In this document: in pieces, positions 10,252 to 20,236 of the stretch
Position numbering within the stretch: position 1 is the stretch's first letter
How the letters are laid out: each line of letters starts with the position of its first letter
NCBI GenBank assembly: GCA_965247685.1
Contig: OZ252021.1
Coordinates: 1,202,082 to 1,266,081 of the forward strand
DNA length: 64,000 nucleotides
Source of the DNA: Bdellovibrionales bacterium
Lineage (GTDB): Bacteria; Bdellovibrionota; Bdellovibrionia; Bdellovibrionales; UBA1609
Direction: 5' to 3'
Translations under genes and position numbers: made by a program
The notes under the pieces: generated by a model
Seen by the model: only the letters and a program-made list of their open reading frames with translations
Database searches by the model: none
What the model was told of the DNA's origin: nothing

Positions 10252-11450
10252 TTAAAAAAAGAGGAATGGTTCTGATGATCACTTTAACGACTATCACACT
10301 ATTGGTGGTGATTCTTCAACAGGTTGCCTTTGATAGTAAAATTGAGTTTGAAAACGGAGTCACTCATTACCACTCCTTGAAAGCCTATCATGCTTCTAAA
10401 TCAGGCATAGAATTAGCTTTATTTAAAGTTCTTATCTATAAGAAAATCATCAATTATTTGAAAAACAGATCTGAAGACCGAAACCTTGCACCATTTATAC
10501 AACAGTACGAGCAATACACTCATTGGATATGGAATCAGCCTTTAGTTTGGCCTCCTGTTATTTCTCCTGATGCCTCAGAGACACTAAAGTCAGAACTTCA
10601 AGATAAAATGTCAGAATCTTTATTTCAGACATCTTATGAAACAAAGGTGGAAGCAGAGGTGGCTAAATTGAATTTGATGGATATGGTCTCCCCATCCAGT
10701 GAAAAAGTACGTCAATGGGCTAAGGATGTCTTTTATAGTTTGATGATCAATATTCGAGAAAAGAGCCGATGGTTTCAAGATAATTATTCAATCAATGAAA
10801 TTCGAAAACTTATAGATGAAGTGGAAAAAATGCTCAATCCTTCTATATGGAATACCACTACGCAGACCTATTCTATTTACCAATTGAACGATTTAAAACA
10901 TATAGAAAACATCCACCCAGAATGGATAGAGTGGGTCCGCCCCTACGTCACTCTTTATAGTGCAGGAGGTTTGAATATTCAATGGAGCGACCCTTTGATC
11001 TTGCAATCTCTTCACGAGTCGATCACTTATGAAAAAGCTAAAAAAATGGTCGATCAAAAAATAGAAGATAATATGTACCTTTCAAATTTTAATAAGGTAA
11101 AATCTTTTTTTGCTCAAAATGATCTAGAGTCTGCTATAACCTCTTATGAAGATGAAGAAATTCTTCTTAAAGACTTGGTTCTTCACTTTGATCCTCCTCA
11201 AATATTTAAAATAACCAGCATAGGAACTTCTGGAAATATTTCTCATAAAACAGAAGTTATACTTTATGACTCACAGCATATATTTAACAAAACCTATGAA
11301 ATAATGGATTATTTAAAAGAAAAAACAAAATATGAGAGACCTACTCGTGAAGAACATCCTATCCGATTTAGAAATAACGCAATACAACGAGACAGACCTC
11401 TTCCTCTACAGACTTCCCCTTTTATTATTCATTGGAAAGACATAAACTAA
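10248..11450 (+). CDS. gspK: minor pseudopilin, GspK-like
   Basis: 400 aa. N-terminal pilin-like hydrophobic segment RG/MVLMITLTTITLLVVIL lacks the Glu5 residue, as is typical for GspK. 4-nt overlap with gspJ. Confidence 0.6.
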   Translation: MIKKRGMVLMITLTTITLLVVILQQVAFDSKIEFENGVTHYHSLKAYHASKSGIELALFKVLIYKKIINYLKNRSEDRNLAPFIQQYEQYTHWIWNQPLVWPPVISPDASETLKSELQDKMSESLFQTSYETKVEAEVAKLNLMDMVSPSSEKVRQWAKDVFYSLMINIREKSRWFQDNYSINEIRKLIDEVEKMLNPSIWNTTTQTYSIYQLNDLKHIENIHPEWIEWVRPYVTLYSAGGLNIQWSDPLILQSLHESITYEKAKKMVDQKIEDNMYLSNFNKVKSFFAQNDLESAITSYEDEEILLKDLVLHFDPPQIFKITSIGTSGNISHKTEVILYDSQHIFNKTYEIMDYLKEKTKYERPTREEHPIRFRNNAIQRDRPLPLQTSPFIIHWKDIN

Positions 11451-11456
11451 AAGCCT

Positions 11457-13199
11457 ATGCAATTTACAATTGGTATACACATTCAACCTTATTGTCTTCA
11501 TACGGTACTTGTTCAAAATACCCAGCCCCCTGTTGTGCTGGAATCTCACACCTATCCTCTGTCTTTGGACAATAATGAAGAACAAAGAAAAGCTCAATTC
11601 TCTGATCATCTAAAAGATATATTGAAAAAATATCCTCCTCATAACCACCATTTTTCTTTTACTGTTCCCCATAAGCACACTTCTGTTCATGATGTTCAAT
11701 TTCCATTTAAAGAAAGATTTAAAATCCAAAAAGCTCTCCCTTTTAAAATTGAAGATCTTATCCCTTTTTCAATAGAAGAAATGATTTATACTTATAAAAT
11801 ATCAGGATATTGTAAACAGCAAAGTCATGTTTTGAGTTTTATCGCTCCTCAAAAAGAAATTTCTGAGTTTATAGAATGGATTCAATCCTTAGGTTTTCAG
11901 TCCTACACTCTGACTCCTGAAATTGCTGCTCTTTCTAATTTATTTGAAGACTGGAAGGCTGCACCTCCTGAAATAGAATCTTTATCCAGCCCCAAAAAAA
12001 TAAAACTCTATCTTTCTTATAACCAATCCATGGCACTGATTCTTTGTCAAAATAGAGTGATTTCTGTTTACAACCTTAACTGGGGTTTCCATTCTTGTAT
12101 CCAAGATATTGCTCACAAATATAGAAGAGATATGAATCAGGCTCTGGATTATTTTTTTGAAAATGCAACCCTCACTCATGAGGATATGAGCACCACTGTA
12201 CCTATTTCTCAAATTGTAAAAAGTTCTTTTAAATCCTTAGCACAGCAGTTGCATTTGCTTCTGATTTATCTCAAAGGTCAAAATCAAAGTGATATAGAAG
12301 AAATTACCTTATGTGGTCCAGGTAACTCTATACAAAACTTGTCTTATCATTTGTACGAGCATATTAAAATCCCTGTGCATAAAATGGAAGAGCATAAAGA
12401 CACTGTTACATCCACCCACCTCATAGCTTTTGGAACAGCTTTAGAATCTTTTAAAAAATCTAAAAATCCTGCCGTGAATTTTGCTCAATCGGTTCTTTCT
12501 ACAAAAAGAGAAAATCAACTCAATAAAAAAAGAATTCAAATTTTTAAACGAGTCAGCCTCGCTCTACTTTGCTTCTTTGCCTATATCGTAGTTCGAAATT
12601 GGCAAATTGTGAACATCAACGATAAAATTAGTGGTGTTTTTGGTCATTACTCCCGCAGTGTTGCAGGTTTAAAAACTCGCAACATTTCTATTTCCAATGT
12701 GAAAAAATTTTTAAATCGAAGAAAGAAAATTCAAACTCAAAGTCATTTATTTCAATCTTTAACTCATTTTCCATCAGCTGTTGATCAATTAAAAAAACTA
12801 AGCTTTTCATTTGATCAATTAGAGCTTTGGCAAATTATAGTATCCCAGATGGATATCAACGGAAGTCATATCCATATTCAAGGAGCAATTTTGAAACCTT
12901 ATTTCTCTCAACTCAAAGCTCATCTCAGTTCTCAAGCCCAAAGTAACACCTTTGAAGAAAAAAAAATAAATACAAAAATCATTGATCAATTAAGCTCTGC
13001 AAAACCTCTTATGAAGACTGATGAAGAAATCTTTGAAGAAAATCAAGAGGATTTTTCAACAGCTCAAATTCCTCACCTAGATAACCTTTCCACTCCCTCT
13101 TCCCAAAAAGAACTCATTTCAAAGAATAAAAACTCTACTCAAGATGTGACAACTCCCAAAGAATGGGAGCCTTTTAACTTTACATTTAAAATGAAGTAA
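11457..13199 (+). CDS. gspL: GspL-like type II secretion assembly protein (unusually long)
   Basis: N-terminal PilM/GspL-like region (KALPFKIEDLIPFSIEEM), a central TM (VSLALLCFFAYIVV) and a periplasmic C-terminal part with a low-complexity tail. Sits at the canonical position after gspK. Confidence 0.5.
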   Translation: MQFTIGIHIQPYCLHTVLVQNTQPPVVLESHTYPLSLDNNEEQRKAQFSDHLKDILKKYPPHNHHFSFTVPHKHTSVHDVQFPFKERFKIQKALPFKIEDLIPFSIEEMIYTYKISGYCKQQSHVLSFIAPQKEISEFIEWIQSLGFQSYTLTPEIAALSNLFEDWKAAPPEIESLSSPKKIKLYLSYNQSMALILCQNRVISVYNLNWGFHSCIQDIAHKYRRDMNQALDYFFENATLTHEDMSTTVPISQIVKSSFKSLAQQLHLLLIYLKGQNQSDIEEITLCGPGNSIQNLSYHLYEHIKIPVHKMEEHKDTVTSTHLIAFGTALESFKKSKNPAVNFAQSVLSTKRENQLNKKRIQIFKRVSLALLCFFAYIVVRNWQIVNINDKISGVFGHYSRSVAGLKTRNISISNVKKFLNRRKKIQTQSHLFQSLTHFPSAVDQLKKLSFSFDQLELWQIIVSQMDINGSHIHIQGAILKPYFSQLKAHLSSQAQSNTFEEKKINTKIIDQLSSAKPLMKTDEEIFEENQEDFSTAQIPHLDNLSTPSSQKELISKNKNSTQDVTTPKEWEPFNFTFKMK

Positions 13200-13210
13200 A
13201 GGTGTAAAAC

Positions 13211-13834
13211 ATGGAATCGATCAAAAACTTTTTAAAACGAGCGTATGAAATCTTGTATTACAAAATAGAAGATAGTGTTTTCTATAACATTTTAGTAGAA
13301 AAATATGAAAACTTAGATTTGCATTATCAAAAATGGATACATAAAGGATTTTTAATTTTTGGCGGATTAATGATCATCCTCATTCCTCTTTCTTTCTTTT
13401 TTGCTTCAATTCAAAAAACTGAAGAATTTCAATTCAAAAAAACATTGGTGAATCAAATGATTCAAACTCCTTCCTCAGTCCGTGAAATCTCCCCACTCAA
13501 CGCTGTTCAATGGAACGAGAAAATCAATCAAGTAATCAGCCAGTTGTCTTTATCGAATGATCAAAATGTAAAAATTTCTCCCCATCGTCCTTCTTTATCT
13601 CAAATACCTAAGTCTTTAAAAGATCTCACCCATATTGGCAAAAAAATTCAAATTGAAGGTCTCAATATCCAAGAGGTTGTAGACATTGGATACGCCTTAG
13701 ATCAAATGGACTCTTCTGTAAAACTCATTCAGCTTCAAGTGCAACAAACTCCTTTACTGACACATTACTTTAAAGCTACTTATTTTGTATTTCTCTTTTT
13801 TAACCCTGATTCACGAAACTCCTTCAACAAATAA
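13211..13834 (+). CDS. gspM: GspM-like type II secretion protein
   Basis: 207-aa bitopic protein (TM GFLIFGGLMIILIPLSFFFASI) at the canonical position. No strong motif, so the call is positional. Confidence 0.4.
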   Translation: MESIKNFLKRAYEILYYKIEDSVFYNILVEKYENLDLHYQKWIHKGFLIFGGLMIILIPLSFFFASIQKTEEFQFKKTLVNQMIQTPSSVREISPLNAVQWNEKINQVISQLSLSNDQNVKISPHRPSLSQIPKSLKDLTHIGKKIQIEGLNIQEVVDIGYALDQMDSSVKLIQLQVQQTPLLTHYFKATYFVFLFFNPDSRNSFNK

Positions 13835-13845
13835 AGAGCAGCTCT

Positions 13846-14802
13846 ATGAATAAATTATCTTTAAAAAAAATAATTTTGCTGTTGCCTAGTAAAAAGTATC
13901 TGTTTACTTTACTCGTAGTTTTTTTGTTATTTTTGATCATTTTATTCCCTTATAACGATGCTGTTCAAAAAATTCTTTATAGAATTTCTCAAAGCAACTT
14001 GCCCGTTCAAATACTTTATAACTCTCATCATTTTGGATTTTTTCCCCTTCAATTGTCTTTTCAAGGTGTCAGAATGTTTGCACCTCAACTCTCTCAGCCT
14101 ATCAGGATTGAAAAACTTGTCATTAAACCTTATTATTGGAGTCTTCTCTCTCTGAGAACTGGAATAAAACTCCAGCTGCATACTAAAAATTCTCAATTAA
14201 ACTTTTTACTAAACAAAACTTACACTAAAGATAAAGGAACGAAACCTATTCATATTCGTGTTCAATCTCAAAATCTAACACTCGAAACATTGAATATTAT
14301 TTCTCCTTTTTTCAATCAATCTCAAGGAGTTATGGAAATATTTGCAGATTTAACATTAGATTTAAATTCCACCAAAAGCCCTGAGGGATTCATTCAAGTG
14401 AGAGCTCGTAATGTGGAATTGCAACCTTATTCTTTTTCTGCAAAGTATATAGGTACAATTACAACTCCCTTTTTGCAGTGGAAAACTATCGATGGCAAAT
14501 TCCAATTTAAAAAAGGAGATTTCTTTATAGATTCCCTCAATATGGGACCTCATACTGCTCCTTTATCCCTTCAGGCAAATGGCGTGGTTCGACTTCATTG
14601 GAGCCCCCTATCACGAAGACTGAAAAGTTACGACACAGAGTTGAAAATGATTATGAATGAGAAAATAAAAAATCAATTCTTCTTTGTAGAGCTCTTTTTG
14701 GTGAGTGTGGAAAAGAAATTAGACAACCATCGATATCAATATAACGCTAGAATTTCAGGTCAATACCCTAAACCCCCTAAGATTCAAAAACTAAGAGAAT
14801 AA
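13846..14802 (+). CDS. gspN: GspN-like type II secretion protein
   Basis: 318 aa with an N-terminal anchor (LFTLLVVFLLFLIILF). Last gene of the colinear cluster, so the call is positional. Confidence 0.4.
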   Translation: MNKLSLKKIILLLPSKKYLFTLLVVFLLFLIILFPYNDAVQKILYRISQSNLPVQILYNSHHFGFFPLQLSFQGVRMFAPQLSQPIRIEKLVIKPYYWSLLSLRTGIKLQLHTKNSQLNFLLNKTYTKDKGTKPIHIRVQSQNLTLETLNIISPFFNQSQGVMEIFADLTLDLNSTKSPEGFIQVRARNVELQPYSFSAKYIGTITTPFLQWKTIDGKFQFKKGDFFIDSLNMGPHTAPLSLQANGVVRLHWSPLSRRLKSYDTELKMIMNEKIKNQFFFVELFLVSVEKKLDNHRYQYNARISGQYPKPPKIQKLRE

Positions 14803-14905
14803 AAATAATACTCTAAAAGTAAAATAGCCATGAATAAGAGTGTTTTTTGTTGACTCTTACCAGCAAAAGTTTTACTTCCTTTGTACTGTTATAAAAGGAG
14901 GCTTT

Positions 14906-15334
14906 ATGTCGGGTATTAATAGGGTAACTTTAATTGGACGCTTAGGGGCAGATCCTGAAAAAAAACAAACATCTACGGGGCAAACTGTCACTCGATTAAA
15001 TCTTGCAACGAGTGAAAGTTGGACAAATAGAGAAGGTGACAGACAAGAAAAAACAGAATGGCATCGAGTGGTTGTCTGGGGAAAACTTGCAGAAAATTGT
15101 GCACAGCATCTATCGAAAGGCCGCCAAATCTATGTGGATGGTCGTTTACAAACCCGATCATGGGAAACTGAAAAAGGAGATAAAAAGTTTTCTACCGAGG
15201 TTGTAGCAAATCAAGTTTTGTTCTTGGGTTCAGGATCTTCAAAAAATACAGAAACCAAAAGCAAGAAAAGCCGTACTCCACAGTATCCTACTGAAGAAAG
15301 TTTTGACACTAAAGAAAGCGAGTTGCCTTTCTAG
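14906..15334 (+). CDS. ssb: single-stranded DNA-binding protein
   Basis: [18 protein letters not shown].. OB-fold N-terminus and an acidic C-terminal tip ending ELPF. AAGGAGG at 14895-14901. The ORF-track start at 14840 is an upstream non-ATG extension. Confidence 0.95.
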   Translation: MSGINRVTLIGRLGADPEKKQTSTGQTVTRLNLATSESWTNREGDRQEKTEWHRVVVWGKLAENCAQHLSKGRQIYVDGRLQTRSWETEKGDKKFSTEVVANQVLFLGSGSSKNTETKSKKSRTPQYPTEESFDTKESELPF

Positions 15335-15375
15335 CAAAAAAACTATTGATATTTCGATCATAAATAAGATTAAAT

Positions 15376-16293
15376 ATGAGTATGTGTATGTTAAGTCTTG
15401 CTCGCCTACGGAACATCTTATTATTCTCGATAGTGGTCGTTCCATTGTGGAGTCATTCTGCAATCATTGTTAAAATCAAGAAGAATAAATCTTTCGTACA
15501 CCTTGAAGGTGAAGAAGCTTTACCTGGAGATTTTTATCAAGCTTTAGATCTTTATGGTAAACCCCGTGGGATTCTTCGGATCAGTAAAGTTCGGAATGGG
15601 AAAGCTATTGCGATAATCACTCAAGGAAGAGCTGATATCAATTGGATCTTAGAAAAAACAGAAAATCCAATACTTGCTTCATCCTCAAATTACTCAAATA
15701 CATCTTTTCCAAAAAATAATATTGGTTTTTTAACTGGAGGCTATACCCATATCGGGAGCAAAGAGAGAGAACAAATCATTATCAAAGGCTTAGGAGGAAC
15801 AGCTTCTGTCCTTCTGGAACGTTTTCACTCGCCTCATTTTTCTTCTCAATTGCTCCTAGGTCTTTCTTATTCTCAGTTGAATCAAAACTGTAGAGACAAT
15901 GCGAGGAAATGTAATACGAGTGCAAGTAGTTTAAATATGCTGTCGCTTCCAAATATTCTGGCAACATTCTTTTTTCATATAAATATTTCCGATAATGTTA
16001 AAGCTTTTTTAGGAGCAGGGGCAGGAGTATCTATCTGGCACAATGTGAACAATGATTTGGATATTATCACAAGGAATAATTTTAAAAAACTTCAACCTTC
16101 TGGTCATCTCACTTTAGGTTTCAATATCGCTCTTAGTCAGCCTCAAGTTCGTATTCCTATATCTATCACCTATTCAGAAGTTCAAGCTTTTGCAGAACAA
16201 TACCAAAAACTCGTGAGAGGGAATCCTCTTTCACAAGACCACGTTAATTTAGGTCATTTTTCTTTGCAAATAGGTATTGCGAAAGACTTTTAA
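15376..16293 (+). CDS. hypothetical exported protein, possible outer-membrane beta-barrel
   Basis: N-terminal signal-like segment, alternating-hydrophobicity C-terminal half and a terminal Phe (..GIAKDF). No family recognised. Confidence 0.4.
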   Translation: MSMCMLSLARLRNILLFSIVVVPLWSHSAIIVKIKKNKSFVHLEGEEALPGDFYQALDLYGKPRGILRISKVRNGKAIAIITQGRADINWILEKTENPILASSSNYSNTSFPKNNIGFLTGGYTHIGSKEREQIIIKGLGGTASVLLERFHSPHFSSQLLLGLSYSQLNQNCRDNARKCNTSASSLNMLSLPNILATFFFHINISDNVKAFLGAGAGVSIWHNVNNDLDIITRNNFKKLQPSGHLTLGFNIALSQPQVRIPISITYSEVQAFAEQYQKLVRGNPLSQDHVNLGHFSLQIGIAKDF

Positions 16294-16312
16294 AAAACAT
16301 AAACCTATAGGC

Positions 16313-17656
16313 ATGTCTCAAAAAAAATCAGTTTATATTTGTCAAAATTGCGGCTCCAAACATTTGAAATGGGGTGGTCAATGTTCTCAATGCAAAGAAT
16401 GGAATACTTTAGTTGAAGAAATTGAAAGAAAAAACAAATCAAGTGTTCGTCATGCCTCTCCTTGTCCTACTGTTCTGACTCCGCTCACTCATCAAGAGCC
16501 TTTAAATAGAACGAAAACAGGATCAGAAGAATGGGATCGTGTCCTTGGAGGAGGACTTGTCTCAGGTTCTTATATCTTACTCGGAGGTCACCCAGGAGTT
16601 GGAAAAAGCACACTACTCCTGCAAATATCTGATGGACTCAGCCGCTCTGGCACAGTGATGTATGTTTGTTCTGAAGAAAGCGTGCACCAAACGACACTTC
16701 GAGCTCAAAGATTAAAAATTTCCAATAATAACATTCTTCTATTTAATGAAAGCTCGATTGAAACTATTTTGGATAAAGCTCATAAAACAAAACCTCAGTT
16801 TCTCATTGTGGATTCTATTCAAAGTGTTCACTCTTTAGAATTAGAATCTGCAATAGGAACAGTATCTCAAGTACGTGAATGCTCTCAACTCCTTATGAAT
16901 TTTGCAAAATCCACTTCGACACCTGTATTTGTAATTGGTCATGTAACAAAAGATGGATCTCTAGCAGGTCCTAAAGTTTTAGAGCATATGGTGGATGTAG
17001 TTTTATCCTTTGATGGACACACTCAGTATCGTATTTTAAAATCTTTAAAAAACAGATTTGGCGCCACTAACGAATTTGGAGTTTTTCAAATGACGGATGG
17101 AGGCTTAGAAGAAATCAAAAATCCTTCGGAATTTTTCTTGGAAGAAAGAGGAAAGAACCGCATTGGTTCTTCAGTATTTACAGCCATTGAAGGACAACGA
17201 CCCTTGCTTTGCGAAATTCAAGCACTCACATTGTCTAGTTTTCTTTCTATGCCTCGAAGAACCTCCATTGGTATGGATATTCAACGCCTGCATATGATTT
17301 TAGCTATTTTAGAAAAATATTTTCAAATTCAGCTTTCTAAATATGATATCTTTGTGAATCTTGTGGGAGGTCTAAAAGTCACAGAAACAGCTTCAGACTT
17401 AGCTGTCGTCACAGCTTTACTTTCTTCTTATTATAAAAAACCTTTAGATCCCAATACGGCTTTCTTTGGGGAAGTAGGGTTAACAGGTGAAATACGATCC
17501 TGCCACTTTGCAAATGAAAGAATTCAAGAAGCAAAAAAAATCGGATTTAATACGGTATATCTTCCTTATGGAAATAAAATTAAAAAATCTTTTAAAATTC
17601 AAGTTAAAGGCATCAAAAATATTCTAGAACTTCAACAGATATTCCAAGATTCTTAG
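16313..17656 (+). CDS. radA: DNA repair protein RadA
   Basis: Zn-ribbon YICQNCGSKHLKWGGQCSQCKEWNT, Walker A GGHPGVGKST, KNRFG motif and a Lon-like C-terminal domain. I place the start at ATG 16313 rather than the TTG at 16277. Confidence 0.9.
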   Translation: MSQKKSVYICQNCGSKHLKWGGQCSQCKEWNTLVEEIERKNKSSVRHASPCPTVLTPLTHQEPLNRTKTGSEEWDRVLGGGLVSGSYILLGGHPGVGKSTLLLQISDGLSRSGTVMYVCSEESVHQTTLRAQRLKISNNNILLFNESSIETILDKAHKTKPQFLIVDSIQSVHSLELESAIGTVSQVRECSQLLMNFAKSTSTPVFVIGHVTKDGSLAGPKVLEHMVDVVLSFDGHTQYRILKSLKNRFGATNEFGVFQMTDGGLEEIKNPSEFFLEERGKNRIGSSVFTAIEGQRPLLCEIQALTLSSFLSMPRRTSIGMDIQRLHMILAILEKYFQIQLSKYDIFVNLVGGLKVTETASDLAVVTALLSSYYKKPLDPNTAFFGEVGLTGEIRSCHFANERIQEAKKIGFNTVYLPYGNKIKKSFKIQVKGIKNILELQQIFQDS

Positions 17657-17664
17657 TGTCGAAG

Positions 17665-18201
17665 TTATAAAGTGTTCTTACCTTTTTCCCAAGAACAAGG
17701 ACAAAGTTTATCCGTTTGAAGAGCATCTAAAACTCTCATCACTTCTCCTGGTTCACGACCTACATTCAAATCAGTGACATAAACGAATCGAATTTTGTTG
17801 CCAGGATCTACAATGAAGGTTGCCCTTTGTGCGACTCCCTCTTTCTCATCTAAAATACCTAAAGAAGCTGAGAGCTCTCTTTTCACATCTGCCAGCATAG
17901 GAATAGATAACACGGACAATGAATCCTCATGAGTTCTCCAAGCATGATGTACAAATTCTGAATCCGTAGAGCCTGCAATGATTTGAGTGTTCTTCTTCTG
18001 GCATTCGGCTGATAACGTATTAAAACCCACAATTTCTGTAGGACACACAAAAGTAAAATCTTTAGGGTAAAAAAAATAAATCTTCCACTTTCCTTTGTAG
18101 GTATCTTGATCCATATCTACAAAAGCTTTAGATAAATCTTTACCAATAGCCACTGTCGCTTTAACTTTAAAATCTGGAAAAGTATCCCCGACTCCTAACA
18201 T
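17665..18201 (-). CDS. 2-Cys peroxiredoxin (AhpC/TSA family)
   Basis: Peroxidatic Cys motif DFTFVCPTEI and a C-terminal resolving-Cys region LCPCSWEKG. Confidence 0.9.
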   Translation of the reverse strand: MLGVGDTFPDFKVKATVAIGKDLSKAFVDMDQDTYKGKWKIYFFYPKDFTFVCPTEIVGFNTLSAECQKKNTQIIAGSTDSEFVHHAWRTHEDSLSVLSIPMLADVKRELSASLGILDEKEGVAQRATFIVDPGNKIRFVYVTDLNVGREPGEVMRVLDALQTDKLCPCSWEKGKNTL

Positions 18202-18312
18202 GAGTGCCTCCTCTTATTCGTTATTGGGATTGAACGATTTTTATATAACCTAATAGTTTTTGTGTCACTATGTTACCATAAAGAATAACACTCCACAGCA
18301 TCAAAAATCTAT

Positions 18313-19470
18313 TTATTCAACTGCTTTTGAAAAAATTTGAAGCCATTGATCACGAAACTGAACCCAACTTCCTTTTTGAATAGACTCACGAATTTGTTTC
18401 ATTAAATCCATGTAAAAGTAAATATTATGTATCGTATTGAGCCTATAACTCAAAAGCTCACGACTAAGAAACAAATGCCTTAAATAAGATCGAGAATAGT
18501 TACGACATGTATGGCATGAACACGAAGCACTCAAGGGGCTGGAATCTTTCAGATATTGGTGATTTCTAATTTTAATTATTCCCTCCCATGTCCATAATGA
18601 ACCCGAACGAGCTAAACGAGTAGGTAATACACAATCAAAAAAATCAAAACCACAATCCACAGCATAAATGAGATCTGCGGGAGTTCCCACTCCCATTAAA
18701 TATCGAGGTTTGTGAGAAGGTAATTTTTTTCCAATAAATCGAAGTATTTTGTACATTTTCTCCTTATCTTCTCCTACACTCATTCCACCCACTGCAATTC
18801 CTGATAAATCTAAAGATTCAATTTGAGCTAAACTTTCTTCTCTTAAATCTTCGTGAACTCCCCCTTGTACAATTCCAAAAAACAGAGGAATTTGTTGATG
18901 AGGTAAAGATTCCATTAATGACGATTCTTTAAGTTCCTGAAACTTTTGATATGATTTTTGAAGCCATAGATGAGTTCTGCTCATCGCTTCTGCAGTTTCT
19001 TTTTTACTAGTATTTCCTAAAGGGCAATGATCAAAGGCCATAATAATATCTGCACCTAAGTTCCATTGAATTTGTATACTTTTTTCAGGAGTCATAAAAA
19101 TAAGATCCCCATTCAAATGATTTCTAAAGGTGACTCCTTCATTTGCAATTTTATTAATGGAAGAAAGTGAGAAAACTTGATACCCGCCGCTATCTGTTAA
19201 AATAGGCAGCGAACATTTCATGAAATGATGAAGTCCTCCTTGCTCTTGCACCAACTCGTCTCCAGGGCGAAGGTGTAAATGATAGGCATTAGTTAAAATC
19301 ATTTGCACTCCGAGATTTTTAAGCTCTAAGGCTTCTAAAGATTTGACACTTCCGTGTGTCGCCACTGGACAAAAAAGAGGAAGCTCAACCTCTCCCCTTC
19401 GAGTTTGAAATAATCCATGACGAGCTTCTGTTGAAGAATCTTGAGTAACAAGTTGATAATGATGAGGCAT
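18313..19470 (-). CDS. tgt: queuine tRNA-ribosyltransferase
   Basis: LTDSGGYQVFSL and GIAVGG..VGE motifs. Zn site CSCHTCRNYSRSYLRHL. Confidence 0.95.
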   Translation of the reverse strand: MPHHYQLVTQDSSTEARHGLFQTRRGEVELPLFCPVATHGSVKSLEALELKNLGVQMILTNAYHLHLRPGDELVQEQGGLHHFMKCSLPILTDSGGYQVFSLSSINKIANEGVTFRNHLNGDLIFMTPEKSIQIQWNLGADIIMAFDHCPLGNTSKKETAEAMSRTHLWLQKSYQKFQELKESSLMESLPHQQIPLFFGIVQGGVHEDLREESLAQIESLDLSGIAVGGMSVGEDKEKMYKILRFIGKKLPSHKPRYLMGVGTPADLIYAVDCGFDFFDCVLPTRLARSGSLWTWEGIIKIRNHQYLKDSSPLSASCSCHTCRNYSRSYLRHLFLSRELLSYRLNTIHNIYFYMDLMKQIRESIQKGSWVQFRDQWLQIFSKAVE

Positions 19471-20159
19471 TACAAAAACTCAAACACATCCGGAGGCTCA
19501 CTTAACATATCCACATCTTTCCAATACATATTTATAGGTGATGCTGTTGGAATGTTAAAATGACAGACATCATCGTCACTCATATGCTTAATATATTTCA
19601 CTAAGGCACGAAGACTATTTCCGTGAGCAACAATTAAAACATTTTTATTTTGCTTCAAAAGAGGCTCAATCTCCTGTTTCCATAAAGGAATAACTCTTTG
19701 AATGGTATCTTTCAAAGACTCACCCACAGGAACTGAAATATTTTGAAACATTTTTTGATTTTTCTCTTTTTTAAATTTTTCAGATGTCGTTTCAGGCGGA
19801 GGAAGATCATAACTGCGCCTCCACTTAAAAACTTGATCCTCACCATACTGGTCTGCCATATCTTTTTTATTGAGCCCTTGAAGCTCTCCATAGTGTCTTT
19901 CATTCAAACGCCATGTCTTATGAGTTGAAAGCCAGACTTCATCTAATTCTTTAAGTATTATCCATAAAGTCCTAATAGCTCTTTTTAAAAGAGAAGTATA
20001 TGAAGTATGAAAGTGAATTTTTTTTTGTAAGAGAAGCTGCCCTGCTCTTTGAGCTTCTTTCTCTCCTTTTAAACTAAGGTCTATATCTATCCAACCCGTG
20101 AAGCGATTCTCTAAATTCCATAAACTTTGACCATGGCGGACTAAAACTAAGTGGGGCAT
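19470..20159 (-). CDS. gpmA: 2,3-bisphosphoglycerate-dependent phosphoglycerate mutase
   Basis: LVRHGQSLWNLENRFTGW and VAHGNSLRAL motifs. 1-nt overlap with tgt. Confidence 0.95.
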   Translation of the reverse strand: MPHLVLVRHGQSLWNLENRFTGWIDIDLSLKGEKEAQRAGQLLLQKKIHFHTSYTSLLKRAIRTLWIILKELDEVWLSTHKTWRLNERHYGELQGLNKKDMADQYGEDQVFKWRRSYDLPPPETTSEKFKKEKNQKMFQNISVPVGESLKDTIQRVIPLWKQEIEPLLKQNKNVLIVAHGNSLRALVKYIKHMSDDDVCHFNIPTASPINMYWKDVDMLSEPPDVFEFL

Positions 20160-20236
20160 ACCTTCCTCAAGCCTTTATTAACGATATTCAGAAATAAAAA
20201 GTCAACATGAAAGAGATATTGTATTAGAATAAGATT

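Noticed and set aside
14840-14905. Long N-terminal extensions offered by the ORF track for ssb and likewise for radA (16277), the M23 peptidase (33949), rsmA (55755), the DUF507 gene (45193), the secreted HEAT protein (50399) and gspH (8252)
   Set aside because: In each case a downstream ATG restores the canonical family N-terminus or a signal peptide, often with an SD. The extension overlaps the neighbouring gene or has implausible composition.
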